Positions 28,942 to 57,243 are shown, numbered from the stretch's first letter. The stretch: DNA of 64,000 bases from Piromyces finnis finn (GCA_002104945.1 MCFH01000017.1:248001-312000); one strand, 5' to 3'. The notes: a model not told the origin generated them from the sequence alone. Translations and numbers: made by a program.

Positions 28942-30574
28942 ATGGTAGATATAAAACAACCAACAAGCCAAAAAAAACAAATAAACAAACAAACAAAAAA
29001 AAAAAAAAACGCACATTTTCTATTCTTTTTTTATTTACAAAGATTAAAATAATTAATATTTATATGTTTTAATATATTTTAATAGATAAATTTCTTTTTA
29101 AGTTTTAATCGTCATGGAAAAGTTCGGTAAATGAGATATTATTCACTTTATAAATTAAAAACTTTTTTTTTTCTAGATATTTATCGTTAATACTAATACA
29201 AATTTCATTATTAAAATTCATATAATTCAACTTAAAAATAGTTTAAACAGATGGTAAATTTCAAAAACAAAAAAAAAAAACAAAATATTTCAAAGAAATT
29301 TCAATTTAAAATTATTAAAAATTTATTGTAAAATTCATTTAAAAACAAACAAACAAACAAACTATTGTTCTAAACCAAAATTCAAATATATTTATTTAAA
29401 AGGTATATACCAATATCAAACCGTGATAAAAAGAAGATTACTTCTGATGCTATTGGAACTGTTATTTCAAGAAAGAAGGGAATGTGTAATATTGTAGAAT
29501 ATAAAGAATATAAACTTGTTTATAAAAGGTTAATTTTCGTTTAAATTCAATAAATTAAGTGTTTTTTTTTTTATCCATTCTATATCACCTCCATCAATAG
29601 TTTTATGCAAACAATTCAGTAATTCAATTTTCTATACTTTATTTATGTTTCAAATAGATATGCCAGTTTATATTTCTTAGCTGCTATTGATGAAGACGAT
29701 AATGAATTAAGTGAATGTCTTATTATTTTTTTTTAAAAAAAAAAAAAAAAGATAAAGATTTTAAAGACATTGAAAAATAAATATTCATTTCACCCTTTTT
29801 TTTTTTTTTTTTTTTTTCCTACAGTCACTTTAGAAATCATACATCGTTTAGTTCAAATTCTTGATGAATACTTTGGTAAAATAAACATTTATATAAAAAC
29901 TCTTATTTTTATAAATAAAAACAAATGATGTAATAGTAATAAAAATATTTCTATTATTATTAATATTGTTATTATTCTTTTTTTTTAAAAAAAAATAATT
30001 TTATAAATTTCACATTTATCTGTTCAATAGGAAATGTTTGTGAATTAGATATTATTTATGGAATGCAAGAAGCTTATATGGTATGTATAAAACAAAATTG
30101 AATATAAAAATATTTATATAAAAGTAAAAAAAAAAATCTGACCCTTTTATTAATTAAATGATATTTCAATTCCATATTTTAATAATTTATTATACTCTTT
30201 TGTAAAACTAAGATTATGGATGAACTTATAATAAGTAAGCTTTTTTTTTTTTTTTTTTCAAAAGTATTTTTTAAAAGAATAAAATAATTTTAAAATATCC
30301 TAATAAACCTTTTATTTTTTTTTTTTTTTTATAACTATTAGGTGGTGAACTTTTGGAATCTAGTAAAAAATCTGTCTCAAGAGCTGTTCATAAAGTATGA
30401 TTCAATAATACATTAATAATCAAAAATATGATTATAAAAATGTCACTTTAACTAACATTTTTCTTTTCCTTTATTGATTTATATATAAAAAAAAAAAAAA
30501 AAAAAAAAAAACTATTAAAGATAAATGAAAAAGAACATGAAGAACAATTAGTAGAGGTAAAAAATGATTACTAA
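28942..30574 (+). CDS. AP1S: AP-1 clathrin adaptor complex sigma subunit, 10 exons
   Basis: Exons 28942-28944, 29086-29126, 29242-29253, 29403-29528, 29658-29710, 29825-29875, 30031-30080, 30213-30234, 30342-30394 and 30521-30574 give MINFFLSFNRHGKVRLNRWY...LVYKRYASLYF...[30 protein letters not shown]...IMDELIISGELLESSKK. Missed by the ORF track; the ATG-only first exon is the least certain. Confidence 0.9.
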
Positions 30575-33233
30575 AAAATAAAGCTTCATAATGAATTGCT
30601 ATGCTTATGAATCAAAATTAATTGCTTTCTTTCTTTTTTTTCTTTCAATATTTAATTAATATCATATCAACAACTAAATACTAAATGCAAAATAATGCCT
30701 GACATTTTATCAAATAAACTTTTTTCATTATTTTTTATGAACAGTCACTAAAACAATCAAACTTAATTTAAGCAAAATAAATATTACTTCATAATAGTAA
30801 TAATAATAATAATAATAAATATTACTTTATTATTTTAAATTATCCATTTTTACAAAAAATTCATAAATATTATTATTTTTGAATAATAATTATATAGATA
30901 TAGACAATTATTCTCCTACTTTATAATTTTTTTTTATTATTAAACTCATGAATTTCCTTTTCCAATTATCAAAAACTTTAAAAAGAAATAAAAAAAAAAT
31001 ACCTCTAACCAAAAAAATAAAATATAAAATCCTCGTGAAATATATATAAAATTAAAAAAAAAAGATTTTTATATGTAAATTTTTTCTATTAAAAGAAAAC
31101 AACAGCAACAACAACAACAACAACAATAATAATAATATATAAATAAATAAATAATAAATAAATAATGAATAACAAAATAAAACCAAAATTAAAAAGAAAT
31201 GATATATATATAAATAAAAAAAATAAAATAAAATAAAATAAAATAAAATTACCCAACGTAAATACTAAAAAAATAAAAAAAAAAAAAAAATAAATAAATA
31301 TAAAATAAAAATGAAATTAATTGATTATATGCTATCAATTCTCATATTTATTTTCTTTTATAAACTTTTGCTTCAATAAACGTTTTTTTCTGAATAAAGC
31401 TATTTGTGTCATTTTTTTTTTAAAGAAAAAAAGATAAGAGTTTTTTTTTGTTATTAATAATATTAGTTAAATGGTAACTATTCTATTATTATATAATAAT
31501 AAAAAAAAAAAAAAAAGGAAAAAAGTAAAGTTTTAATAACTATGTTTCGTGAAAAGACTTATATTTTATGAATATATATATAAAAGGTATAAATTTTTCA
31601 TATAAAGAATATTGAATGAATAATGAGATTATAAATTCTATTTCATAAAGTATAATGAGCATTCTTATTTATTATCATTACCATATAGAGTAACACATTA
31701 AAACAAAAGTACATATATAATATATACTTTAAATATTTATGATTAAATAAATGTCTTAAAAAAATAAAATTTATATAATTAGATTTATTATAATTAATTC
31801 ATTACTTTAATATTCTATTTTTTATTATGAAATTATCTTTTTTTTTTTTTTCGTATTATAGGAAGAGATAAAAAGTTTATTTTTTAAGAAATATCTTTTT
31901 CTTTTGTATTAAACTTCAAAATCCTTACATCTTAATTTATGTATTTTATATAAAATACTTTCTTTTATCAATTTAAAGCAATAATAATTTAATATTTACC
32001 ATATTAATAAGGTTTTTTTTTTAATCATAAATGAATTATAATAATTAGTAAAAAAAAAAAAAAAAGGTTTTAATGCAAAATAAAGATGTAATTTGTATGG
32101 AGATAATATTAAAAATGTAGGTGAAAGAAAGAAATAAAAATGTTAAAATTAACTATGAATTAAAGTTACATTGACTTATATATTCATTTTTAAAAATAAT
32201 AGTAGACAGGGTTTTAAATAATGAATATAATTATATGATAATTATAAAAATAAATGATTAGGAAGACTAAATTAACAAGAATCATAATCATACTCTAATT
32301 ATTATAATAATTACGAAAAAATAAAATATGTATTACTATTAACTTTAATAGTAAATAAAAAATATCATTATTATTATTTTTCATATTAAAAAAAAAAAAA
32401 AAAAAAAGAATAAACCTCATAATAATAAGGATTATCAATTTTTTTTTTTATTTTATTAAATGTTGTTACCTATACATATATTTGATAACCATCCGTAAGA
32501 ACAAAAACAAAAACAAAAACAAAAACAAAATTAAAAATAAAAATATAATAAAATTAAAATAATATTAATAAATTTCCAAATATTACACTATAAAGAAAAA
32601 AGGAAGAATAAGAAAGAAAGAAAAAAGAACAACTTTTTCATAATATAAATACATCGATCGATAAAGAAAAGTTGTTTTTCCTTTTTTTTTAACTAAAAAC
32701 TAACTTCAGTAATCTTTTTTTGTAGATAAATATTGGAGTTATATTTGTAGAGAATCTTTCAATTGAGACATGTTATTTTGGAAATAATTCAATTCACAAT
32801 ATAATAAACTTCAAATAAAAATATATCCTATAGATTGAATAGTTTTTTTTTTTTTTTTATTATACCTTTAAAAATTATGTTATCAAAAATAAGTTAAAAT
32901 TTAATAAAAAAAAAAGTATTTCACTTTATATTTCTTTTTTTTTTTTGAAACATTTTCTTTGCCAATAATAATAATATAAAACTATCATTTCCTATTACTT
33001 TTGATAATTTAGCTTTCTTATTAGAAGGATTGTTTTTTTATTTAGTTTTTTAATTCAATATAAAAATAAAAATATATATTATAAATAATAATAAAAATAA
33101 TAATAACAACTATAATTACAAAAAAAAAAAAAAAAAAAAGACTGCAAAAACTTTATAAAAAAAAGTATATTAATTAAGAAAAAGAAAAGAATAAAAAATT
33201 AATAATATAAACGACATAAAATAAATATACATA

Positions 33234-39646
<6,413 letters not shown>

Positions 39647-41632
39647 TACTATTAAATAATATAAGCATTTTAATTAAAAATCACATTATTTATAATAGTT
39701 TTTTTTATAAAGATCACTCTATAATCTTTAATGTTAATTTGGAAAAAAAAAAAAAAAAAAAAAAAAAAACAATATTATTAAAATACTTTAAAATACAATT
39801 AATTTAGATAATATCTATATATTAATATTATTTTTTTTCTTCTTTTCTTTTTATTCTATATATGTATGATAAAAAAAAACAATGATATTTATTGAATTAT
39901 GATTACAGATAGAAAAATTCTAACATATAAAGTATAATGTTAAAATAAATATATATTTTAACATTGAATTTAAATCATAATTACATCATTAACATCAATA
40001 AATATAAACCAAAAACTTCATAAAAAGCATCAAGAAAAAAATAGAAATAAATGAAATTTTATTTTTTTATCTTTTATATTATTATCTTTTTATTATGCAT
40101 AAAATCTACTATATTAATAATAATAATAATAAAACTATAATAAAAAAAAATTAATATAATGTTATTGATTTCTTTGTTTTCATCGTTTCTTTATTGAATA
40201 ATAATAAAAAAAAAAAAAAAAGTTCTATAATATACCTTTTATTTCATTGTATTAAAACATTATTATTTAATTACTTAATTGCATTATAGACAAGTTCTAT
40301 TATGATAGAATGATTGACAATAGACAATAGTATTAACTAGGCTATTATAATACTTAATTTGACAACAATAAAATGAATATAATGTATCTATTAAACACGA
40401 GACTATCGTAGGATTCGACATCAAAGTTTTGTATGGAAAACAAAATTAGAATCTTTTTATTGGTTGGGCTGGCCCTACTGCTTCCAAGAAGAAAATTATA
40501 AATTAAATACTCTATAATTTTTATTTTATCTTTGTTGTTTAATTCTCCACCCTTTTTCTTTATTAATACGATTTCCTTATTACTTCTAACACTATCAAAC
40601 TATTACTTTTTAACATTTTCAACTATACTTTTAACTCTTTTAAAAAAAAATACACACATACACACCTTCAATTCTCATTGATAAATATTACTCTTTTTTT
40701 AATAAATTTTATTTTATTTTATTTTATTTTATTTATAATATATATATTAGAAATGTGTAAATAAAATATTTTATATATTTTATAGTTATAATTTTTTTTT
40801 TGTTGTTGTTGTTGTTGTTGTTATGGTTAAGAATATTAATATTAATAAAATATAAAAGATTTTGTTTTCTGGCGTAATTTTTTTTAAAAAATAAATTTAT
40901 ATACAGAAAAAGATTTTTTCTGTCAAAGAAATGTTTACTTTATAGGAACAATATTAATTATTATTTGATAATAAAGGATTACTTTTTTTTTTTTTTATCA
41001 AAACACTTTTATTTTTAAAAAATAAAAATGTTCTATGATATAATTAAATAATTATAATTATAATTATAATTATAATAGAAAAGTAATTTATCGCTATTAT
41101 CTACATAATAAATAAAAATGTCGTAACTATATATTATTAAAATTGTTGGATTTTCTTATTTTAATGGTATTTTTTGATATTATTACTGTTTTGTTTTGTT
41201 TTGTTTTTTAAAAAGTCTTTGTTGAGGTTAAAAAAATAGATATATTTTTCATTCTTTTTTTTTTTTTTAAATAAAAAATTATTTTGTCATCATTCTCTAT
41301 CTTATAAAGTAATAAGTTTTTATTACTTTATTTTTGTCCTTTTTTTTTTAAAAAAAAAAATGCATTCTATGAGTTTAAAATATTATACAAAATTATTGAA
41401 ATTCACTAAAATTTTTTTCATTGTTAAAAAAAAATAGGACGAAAAATACTGTCTAATTTTTTATATATAATATAAAAAGCTTTTGATAATTTTTTTTAAT
41501 ATAAAACTAAAAAAGTCATTGTTATTTATCTTTTTTTTTTTTTTTGATATATTACTTTGATAGTCTTTTACATAGTCTAAAATATTTATATTTTATATCA
41601 AATAAATAAGGAAAATAAAAAGTAAATTTTAT

Positions 41633-42519
41633 TTACTCTTCCTTTTTAGCTAATTCTTCTGGGACAGAAGATTCAGTCTTTTGACCTCTAAAGTTTCTAA
41701 TTCTTTGGAAAACTTCATCACCCTTAGTCTTGATACCTTCAAAATCAAAGTTTTTGGTGAATTCGCTAATCTTTAAAACAGAAAGTTTTTCAATAACAAA
41801 AAGAATAATTTTATTGTAGAAAGACTTAATGTGGTTAGCGAATTCCTTAACAGTCTTAATTAAGCAATCACCAACTAATTTGATACTGAAAGAAGCTTCT
41901 TCATCTTCACTTAAAATAACAGAAACCTTGGAGTAAGTGTTGTAAGCTAAGTAGTATAAGGTGTAGTAAAAAGCAACAGTGAGAAGGGTAACGGTAACTG
42001 GAACGAATAAAACGATACCTATAATATTATAATATCAAAATTAAATATTGATTAGAAATAACTTTTCTCCTGAACTTTTTTATCCTTCTTTATCAGAAAT
42101 AATAATAGTCAAAGAGTATATCTATACTGCTTTTTTATTTATCTATCGCCATTTACAATTTTAATATTGATTCTATAAACTTTTTTATTAAAAAAAAATA
42201 ACACCACTATTTTATTCTTTTTTTTATACTTACCAGCAATAGTTGAAATAATAGATAAGACAACAAAGAAAATGGAACCAACAACTAAGAGAATGAAACC
42301 AAAAGTAGATAAAACAAAGAATAATGGTAAGGAAGCTAAAATAGCAGTACCAGCAATGACAATACTTAATAATGGGTTTTCCTTTACATAATTCTTTGAA
42401 ACATCATAATATTCTTTAGAAGTGTTCTTTACTTGGTTGAACTTTTCTAAAGCAACATCCTTAAAGTTGTAGGTAGTTGATTCAGTAGCAACTTCAGAAG
42501 TAGAAGCCATGTCGACCAT
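41633..42519 (-). CDS. Promethin/LDAF1-like hydrophobic-hairpin (lipid droplet) protein, 2 exons
   Basis: Exons 42519-42234 and 42018-41633 (GTAAGT...TAG). About 75 nearly continuous hydrophobic residues (NPLLSIVIAGTAILASLPLFFVLSTFGFILLVVGSIFFVVLSIISTIAGIVLFVPVTVTLLTVAFYYTLYYLAY) flanked by amphipathic segments. Family call is from pattern recall only. Confidence 0.6.
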
Positions 42520-42585
42520 ATTAATTATTTATTAGTATATTAGTTTGTATTTATGTTTAGATTGTTATATTGTTTTTATTAAAAG

Positions 42586-42623
<38 letters not shown>

Positions 42624-44978
42624 TATTTTTAAAGTTAAAATTTAGTTTTTTTTTATTTTTTGTATTAATTAATTCCTTAAAATAAAAAAAAATTAAATTT
42701 TTTAACGTCTTTTTTTAGTTTTGTTATTTTTTTTTTGTTTTAGATTGACACTTTTTTTGTTTTAATCTAATCTAAAATGTTCACTTTTTTTTTTTTTTGA
42801 GATTGAGATTGAAAAAGATTCTTTTCAAAACTTTTTTTTTTTTTTAGGCAGAAAAAAGGCAGAAAATATCTGAAATATAAATTCTTAATTTTTTGTCAAG
42901 ATAATAATAAGACAGTAAAAACTTTAAAAATTATTAAAATTCAAAAATAAAAATGAAAATTTGAAAATTTTTAAAACGAAATTAATTTAATAATACTAAT
43001 AAAAAATGATGAAATAAAAAAAAAAAAAAAAAAGAATAAAAATTTTAATGATGGAATTAAATCAAAATATATGTTAATATATGATATTCAATTTAAATAG
43101 AATATATTATCATTATATAATTAATTTAATTAAAATATTCATCATCCATTTTTTTAATTCTAAAATTTTTGAAACATTGAATTTTAATTATTTTATATTG
43201 TACAATATATTGTAATATATGTTTATTATATATTTACAATAAATTAAAATAAATTCATTTTAAAAATTTATTATTTAAAAAAAAAACCAAAAAATAGGCC
43301 AAAAAACAATCAAAAATCTGGTAAAAATCTGGCAAAAAATCTGGCAAAAAAGTCATACTCTTTTGGTACTTTTAAAAACAAAAAAGTGAATTAAAAACAT
43401 TGCTTTTACCTTTTCTTATTTAAAGGCACCTTTATGGACTTTTTTTTTTTTTACTCTTTCATTATGAAACATTTTTATATTTAAAACAAATTTTAAAAGT
43501 ACCAATTTTATATATATTATATTATAATGTAATATATTATCCATTTATAATCTATATAAAACCAGAATTAACATATTATATTGTAATAAATAGGATTAAA
43601 AATTATTCCATTTAATTTTATTAGTGGAATAACTAAGTGAATGAATGAATAAATATTCAAATAAATAAATAATGAATAAATAAATGAATAAATGATATAG
43701 TAATTAAATAATAGCTATTTATTTATTAATTATTCATTTATTCATTTACTTGACTCTATATATTTATTTATTTGAATATTTATTCATTTATTTATTTATA
43801 TAATCCTTAAAAACATCAAGATGACTCGATTCTGTTAAGGATACTGTTAACATTGAAAAAAGCGAAAAAAAATTGCATAAATAATAAAAAGAATGTCATG
43901 AATAATACCATCATTTAAAAAAAAATTTAGCCTAGAGCTATCGCAGTGAAAAAAATTCACTTGCCAGTTTCCACCTCAGCGTTTTTTTTTTTTGAAAGTG
44001 TAACAATAAATTAATTGAATGGTTAATTTAATTTAATATATAACTTAATTTATTGGTAAATAATATATATAAATTGAAGTAGTATATTAATTATATATTA
44101 TTATACTTAAATAAAATGTGGCTATTTATATTTTTTTACCTATTAGCCTTTCTCTTGACTTAAACTATATTGTATATTATATTACAATATACTGTAATAT
44201 ATGGTTGATTAATTTCTAGCTAAAATGATGGTTGACATATGAAAGTTGAAATTTTATTTTTATGTAATATTAAATAGTTAAATTTAATATATGATATAAT
44301 ATATGATACAATATACTGTATATAGATTAAGTTTATTATTATTATTTTGACATGTCACTGCCTTATACAAGCTTTAGTACCAGGCAAAAAAAAAAGTGTG
44401 GTGTATATTAAGGTAGAAATTATGAAAAGTTTTCTATAACAAAAGGTTAATATAAGATGTGCCTTTTTTAAATAAAAATGATGATAAAAATATTTTAAGG
44501 TTTTTCTTAACCTTTATATATTTCTGGTTTATAATAAATAATAAAATACCTAGTCTATAATTAAAACTTTGTAAATGATTAAAGGTATTGATATTTCATG
44601 AATAGATTCATGAATATAATACTTTATGAAAGTAAAATTTGATAAATATAACTAGTGCTATAAGAGTAAATGGTGAAATATAATGTAAAAAATGACAAAA
44701 ATAGTAAAAATATTGTTATAATAAAACGTTTTCTTAATAGCAAACTGTTACATTGCTTTTTCAATTTTTTATAAATCCTCATTTTTAAAAATAAATTAAA
44801 ATTTCCTTTTATAGTATAATTAAAAATGTGGATAATTTTTTCAAATTAATACATTGATAATGTAAATGTATTAATAACGTATACATAACATAATTTAAAA
44901 GAGGAATGTCTTTTGAGCTATTTAAAAAGAATATGTAAAAAAAAAGATTTTTCTTACTTTAGTTCTTCAGAGTCAATA

Positions 44979-45156
44979 ATATTGAACAAAGGTTTATAAC
45001 AAATCTATTTTCTATTGTCAATCGTTAATATTGATATTGAACAAAGGTTTATAACAAATCTATTTTCTATTGTCTATTGTTAATCTTGATATTGAACAAA
45101 GGTTTATAACAAATCTATTTTCTATTGTCTATGTCTATTGTTAATCTTGATATTGA
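44979..45156. repeat. About 55-bp tandem minisatellite, about 3 copies, intergenic
   Basis: Core ATATTGAACAAAGGTTTATAACAAATCTATTTTCTATTGTC repeated three times with variable linkers. Confidence 0.9.
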
Positions 45157-46384
45157 AAGAGTTTTTTTTTATCTTATCAAAAAGGTTGCCTATTTAATAA
45201 TCTTTTTTCTCTTTTTTTAAAAAAAAAAAAGTGATAAGAATCCTTATAATGATCTTATGAAATAAAAAATAATTATTTATTTACTGAAAAAATAAAAATA
45301 ATGCGCATAATGTATAAATGCATAATCGTAATACATAATCATTAAAGTTTTTTTTTATTTTTTTTATATAAACTTTTAATTAAACCAAAAATAATAATAT
45401 TATTAATAATGTTTAATTAAAATAATAAGTTAAAAAAAAATAATATTAAATTATTATTAAAATGTTAAATTGGTTCATTTTAATAAATCAGATGAATGAG
45501 TTTGAAAATTAAAAAAGTAAAAAAAATTTAAAACATAAAACTTTTTAATGATTAAGAGGTAAAGAGAAAGTGGAAAAAAATGATATATAAAATAGGTGAT
45601 GTTGTAAAAAAAAAAAAAAAAAAAAAAAACTTTTAAATGTATAGTTTTATTGATTATAATAATTTTTTTATTTATGGTGTTTAAACAAATAAGCTATTTT
45701 TGTTTTAAATAAAACCACGTTTTTTTTTTTTTTAAAAAAAAAAAGTTTGTACAAACTTTGTGATTATTTTTTAAAAAAAAAATATTGAAGAATTCTTTAA
45801 ACTCTTTTTTTTGTGGATGTTTTTTTTTTATTTTCCTAGTTACAAGGATCATTAAAAAATACAAATTCAAAGAAAAGGATAAAAAAAAAAGTTTAGAAAT
45901 ACTAAAAGAAAAAAAATTATATAACCATAAAATGATAAAATGTATAGCTATCTAATTCTTATTTATATTAATTTATTAATGTGTAAATAAAACTTTTCTT
46001 TAACATATATTACTTACAACATTCTTTCTTTTTTTTTACTCCTTTTTATTTATATATTTTGTATTTTTTTTTTTTTTAATAAAAACTACATAATATTTTA
46101 AAAGTTATTACTTGTTTTTATTATATGAATAGAAAGATATTAATATATTATTATTATTATTATTATTATTATAATTTAATTATATCATAATGAATCAATA
46201 TTTATTTATATATTTATATATAGATATACTTTTTCTTTAAAGTAAGAAATAATAATTTTATAATGAATTTATAAAGATGAATATAAAGAGAATTATAAAA
46301 AATATATATTTTTTAAAAGTTTAAATCATATTTGTTGTTTTTTCGTTTTCTTTTCCCTTTTCAATATTTCCAGTTTAATTTAGT

Positions 46385-53782
<7,398 letters not shown>

Positions 53783-54014
53783 CTTTAATTATTTATTTAT
53801 CTCAAAAAAAAAAAAAAACTATAGAATGTTTTAAATTTGAATGGTATATTGTTATTATTGTTTTCTTAATAAAAGAATTCTATTATTTTATAATATATAT
53901 ATATGGTGATTGTGTTATATATATGTTGTTGTTGCTTTTTTTCTTTTTTTTTTTCACTATCGAGAAATTATTTTACAAACGAACTTAAAAAAAAAAAAGG
54001 AAAAATGAAAAATG

Positions 54015-54047
<33 letters not shown>

Positions 54048-55259
54048 GTATTGCTTATTAATTTATTGATTTAAACTATAAAATTTGTAAAATTCTACCA
54101 AAGATAAAAAAAAAAGATATAAATATATTTTTATTATTTCTATTTTATTTTATTTGACTTGCTTAATTAACAAAATATTAAACAAAGGTCTATTGAAAAC
54201 TTTATATAAAAAACTACAAAATTAATCATTAATAAAACCTTTTTAACTTTCTTAATGTTTTAATTTATCTATTACTTTTTTATCCTTTTTAAATAATTCT
54301 TTCTTTTGTTCCTTCGTTTTTTAACAAATAAATAAATAAAAAAAAAAAGGAATGAATTAATTTTATTTAATATGCTTTAATATAATGTATGTTTTTATTA
54401 CTAACTTTATTAATATGATTACTAATATAAATATTATTTTATTAAGGATTCTTTTTTCTTTTTTAAAATTAAAGTTTTTGATAGGAATATCAAAACATTA
54501 ATTATATAAAAGTTAACATTATAAATGAAAATGAAATACTTTAAATATTTTAATTTGTAAAACTCTTTTTATATATATATAAATATTAATATTTTCAATT
54601 CCTTGAACAAAAAAAAAAAGTTACCCTACGTCATTTAATAATAATATTATTATTAAAAAAGAAAAAAATTCAATAATATATATTTTATAATAATAAATAT
54701 TAGCAATTCAAGAAATAACAACAATATTCATTACTATGTGTCTATAAAAAAAAAAGAATTATAAATAATAAAATTAAACTATGAATGAAATTTAAATGAA
54801 TAATGAATTTATATAAAAAGTTTATATTTTAATAATTTATTTTACTTTATTTTTTACACTTTCAATAACCTGGTCTGGTTTTTGTTTTTTTTGAGTATCA
54901 TCTGAAAAAATGTATTAAAATGTAAAAAAAAAAAAAAAAAAAAAAAACAATTTAATATTATTTAAATATTATTTTAAGGGCAATAATAGAAAGAAAGCAA
55001 AATAATTAAATCCTTATTTTTTATAACAAATTACTTAATAGGGGGAAGAAACCTTTATAAGAGTTTAAGAATTCCTATTAATTATCTATTATTAATGAGA
55101 AAAATCTTGATAAAGAAACCAATAATATATAATAAAAAATATGAAAAATGAGGAAAGTTATATTCTATTCAAAATCAAAGTATAAATACTAATATTATGT
55201 AGAAAAACAAAAACGAAAGAATGGTTGGTTTGATCTTTAGAAATATATATTCCTAATGA

Positions 55260-55447
55260 TTTAAAAAAAAAAAAAAGTATCATTCATACCATTTATAAAA
55301 TCTTTATATTTCTTAATCTTTAAAAAAAAAAAGTATCATTCATACCATTTATAAAATCTTTATATTTCTTAATCTTTAAAAAAAAAGTATCATTCATACC
55401 ATTTATAAAATCTTTATATTTCTTAATCTTTAAAAAAAAAAAAAAGT
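55260..55447. repeat. About 55-59-bp tandem minisatellite (3 copies plus a partial) with a variable internal poly-A, between the divergent myosin and CDK genes
   Basis: Unit TTT(A)n GTATCATTCATACCATTTATAAAATCTTTATATTTCTTAATC; A-run length differs between copies. Confidence 0.9.
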
Positions 55448-57243
55448 TTTTAACTTGATTAATTTATTTTATTTTATAATATATCAAAAAAAAAAAAAAA
55501 AAAACAGAAATGTAAATAAAGTTTATAAAGTTTATTTCGATTTTATTCATAAATGATTGTAAATGATGATGATAAAACATAATAAAATCTTCATTAAAGT
55601 CAATTATTATAATTAGAAATATCTAAATGATGGATAATCAATGATGATGATAGTATAAAATTGTTATCGGTGTAATTATTGTGGTTCACAGTGGTGGTGT
55701 GTGTTATTGCTATTAAAATATTTCCATTTTTTAATAGTTGAATTTTTTAAAAAAAATATATTATATAAAGTTTAAAAGAGAGTTTTAATAATTATTTCTC
55801 ATAACATTATATTACCTTAAATTTGTTTTTTTCTGTCATTCTTTTTGGAATGCTAATTAAGTAGTATAACAATTGAATTAGGAAAAGAAATAAAGTTTAA
55901 TAAATTTTAAAAAAAAGGGTAGGATATTCCTTTTAAAATCAAATCATAAAAAGTAAATATATAAAAGCATTTTTAATATGGATGGATAGACTCATTTCTT
56001 TTTATATACCTTTTTATATTTATATTTTAGTTTTTCCTTATCTCTTTATTATTTAAAACTAATATTTTATGTATCACTTTTATATAATGTTGCTTTTTTC
56101 ATTATTTCTAAAAAAAAAGTTTTTTATCTTCAATGGTTAGGTTATGAATAATTTGTGTTACCATTTTCTTTTTATAATAATAAAAAAAATCTTTTTTTTT
56201 TTATAATTTTTATTTAGAGAAAGGTATAAACTTTTAAATAATCTTTTTTCTTCCTTTTTTATTACTATATGAAAATAGGTTTAAAATAGAATAAAAAGAT
56301 GTATATTTTTAATTCATCTTTTTTTTTTTTTTTAACCTTTTTGTTTAACTAACCATAAAAAATTTTTTTCTTGGTAAAAATTTACCAAAAAAAAATCAAA
56401 TCAAATTTAATATTAAAATAATTAAAAAATAAATTAATTTTATTACCAAAAAAATTCTTTTTTTATTTTTAAAAACCATTTCATTTCCATTTTTAATGAA
56501 AAAGAAAGAAATAATATCTTTTTTATAAAGAAAAGTAGTGTAAGAAGAAGAAGAAAAAGAGGAAAAAGAAGAGTGTATATATTTCATATTCGAATATATA
56601 TCTAAAAATGTTTTTTATATTCAAAAAAAATTAAAGAAATATTAAAGATATGTATTTTTTTTTCATTGAGAAACAATTAAAAACTTCAAATTACAACTCG
56701 TAATAAAAGCACATTTTATTTATTTTTTATAACATAAAAAGAAATCTTTTATGATTATCCCATTTAATCTATTACAATCAATAATATATAAAAAATAAAA
56801 AAACTATAATATTTTTTTTTCACTGGGGGAAACATATACCAAGAAAAACATATACCATTTTATTTTTTATAATTTTATCAATTCTTTTGTAAATCAACAT
56901 CAAATCTATTAAAAAGAAAAATAGTTCATGTTTATATATAATTTCAAAATTTAATTTTCGTTATCATATAATAAAATTTGAAATCCAACCTACTATTAAA
57001 AATAAAAAAAAAAAAAACTCGTTTTTTTTTAAGAGAAATAATATTTTATTAATAAAAGAAAAACAAAACAAAACAAGACAAGACTTTTTTTTTTTTTCTT
57101 TATATTTGTATATACATATATATACCAAAAATAAAATAAAGACATTTAATAAATTGAAAAAAAAAAGAAACAAGGAAAATAGAAAATAATTTAGTATACC
57201 AAAAAAAAAAAAAAAAAAAAAAAAACATTTAAAATAATACCAA

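Noticed and set aside
30575-33233. Long intergenic stretches searched for hidden genes (also 2951-6800, 53783-57243, 61724-64000)
   Set aside because: Near-pure A/T with homopolymers; no chain of phase-compatible exons with recognisable protein motifs.
40455-40495. GGAAGCAG (SRP helix 8-like) on - and GGATTCGA (tRNA T-loop-like) at about 40410
   Set aside because: No surrounding SRP helix or cloverleaf can be folded.
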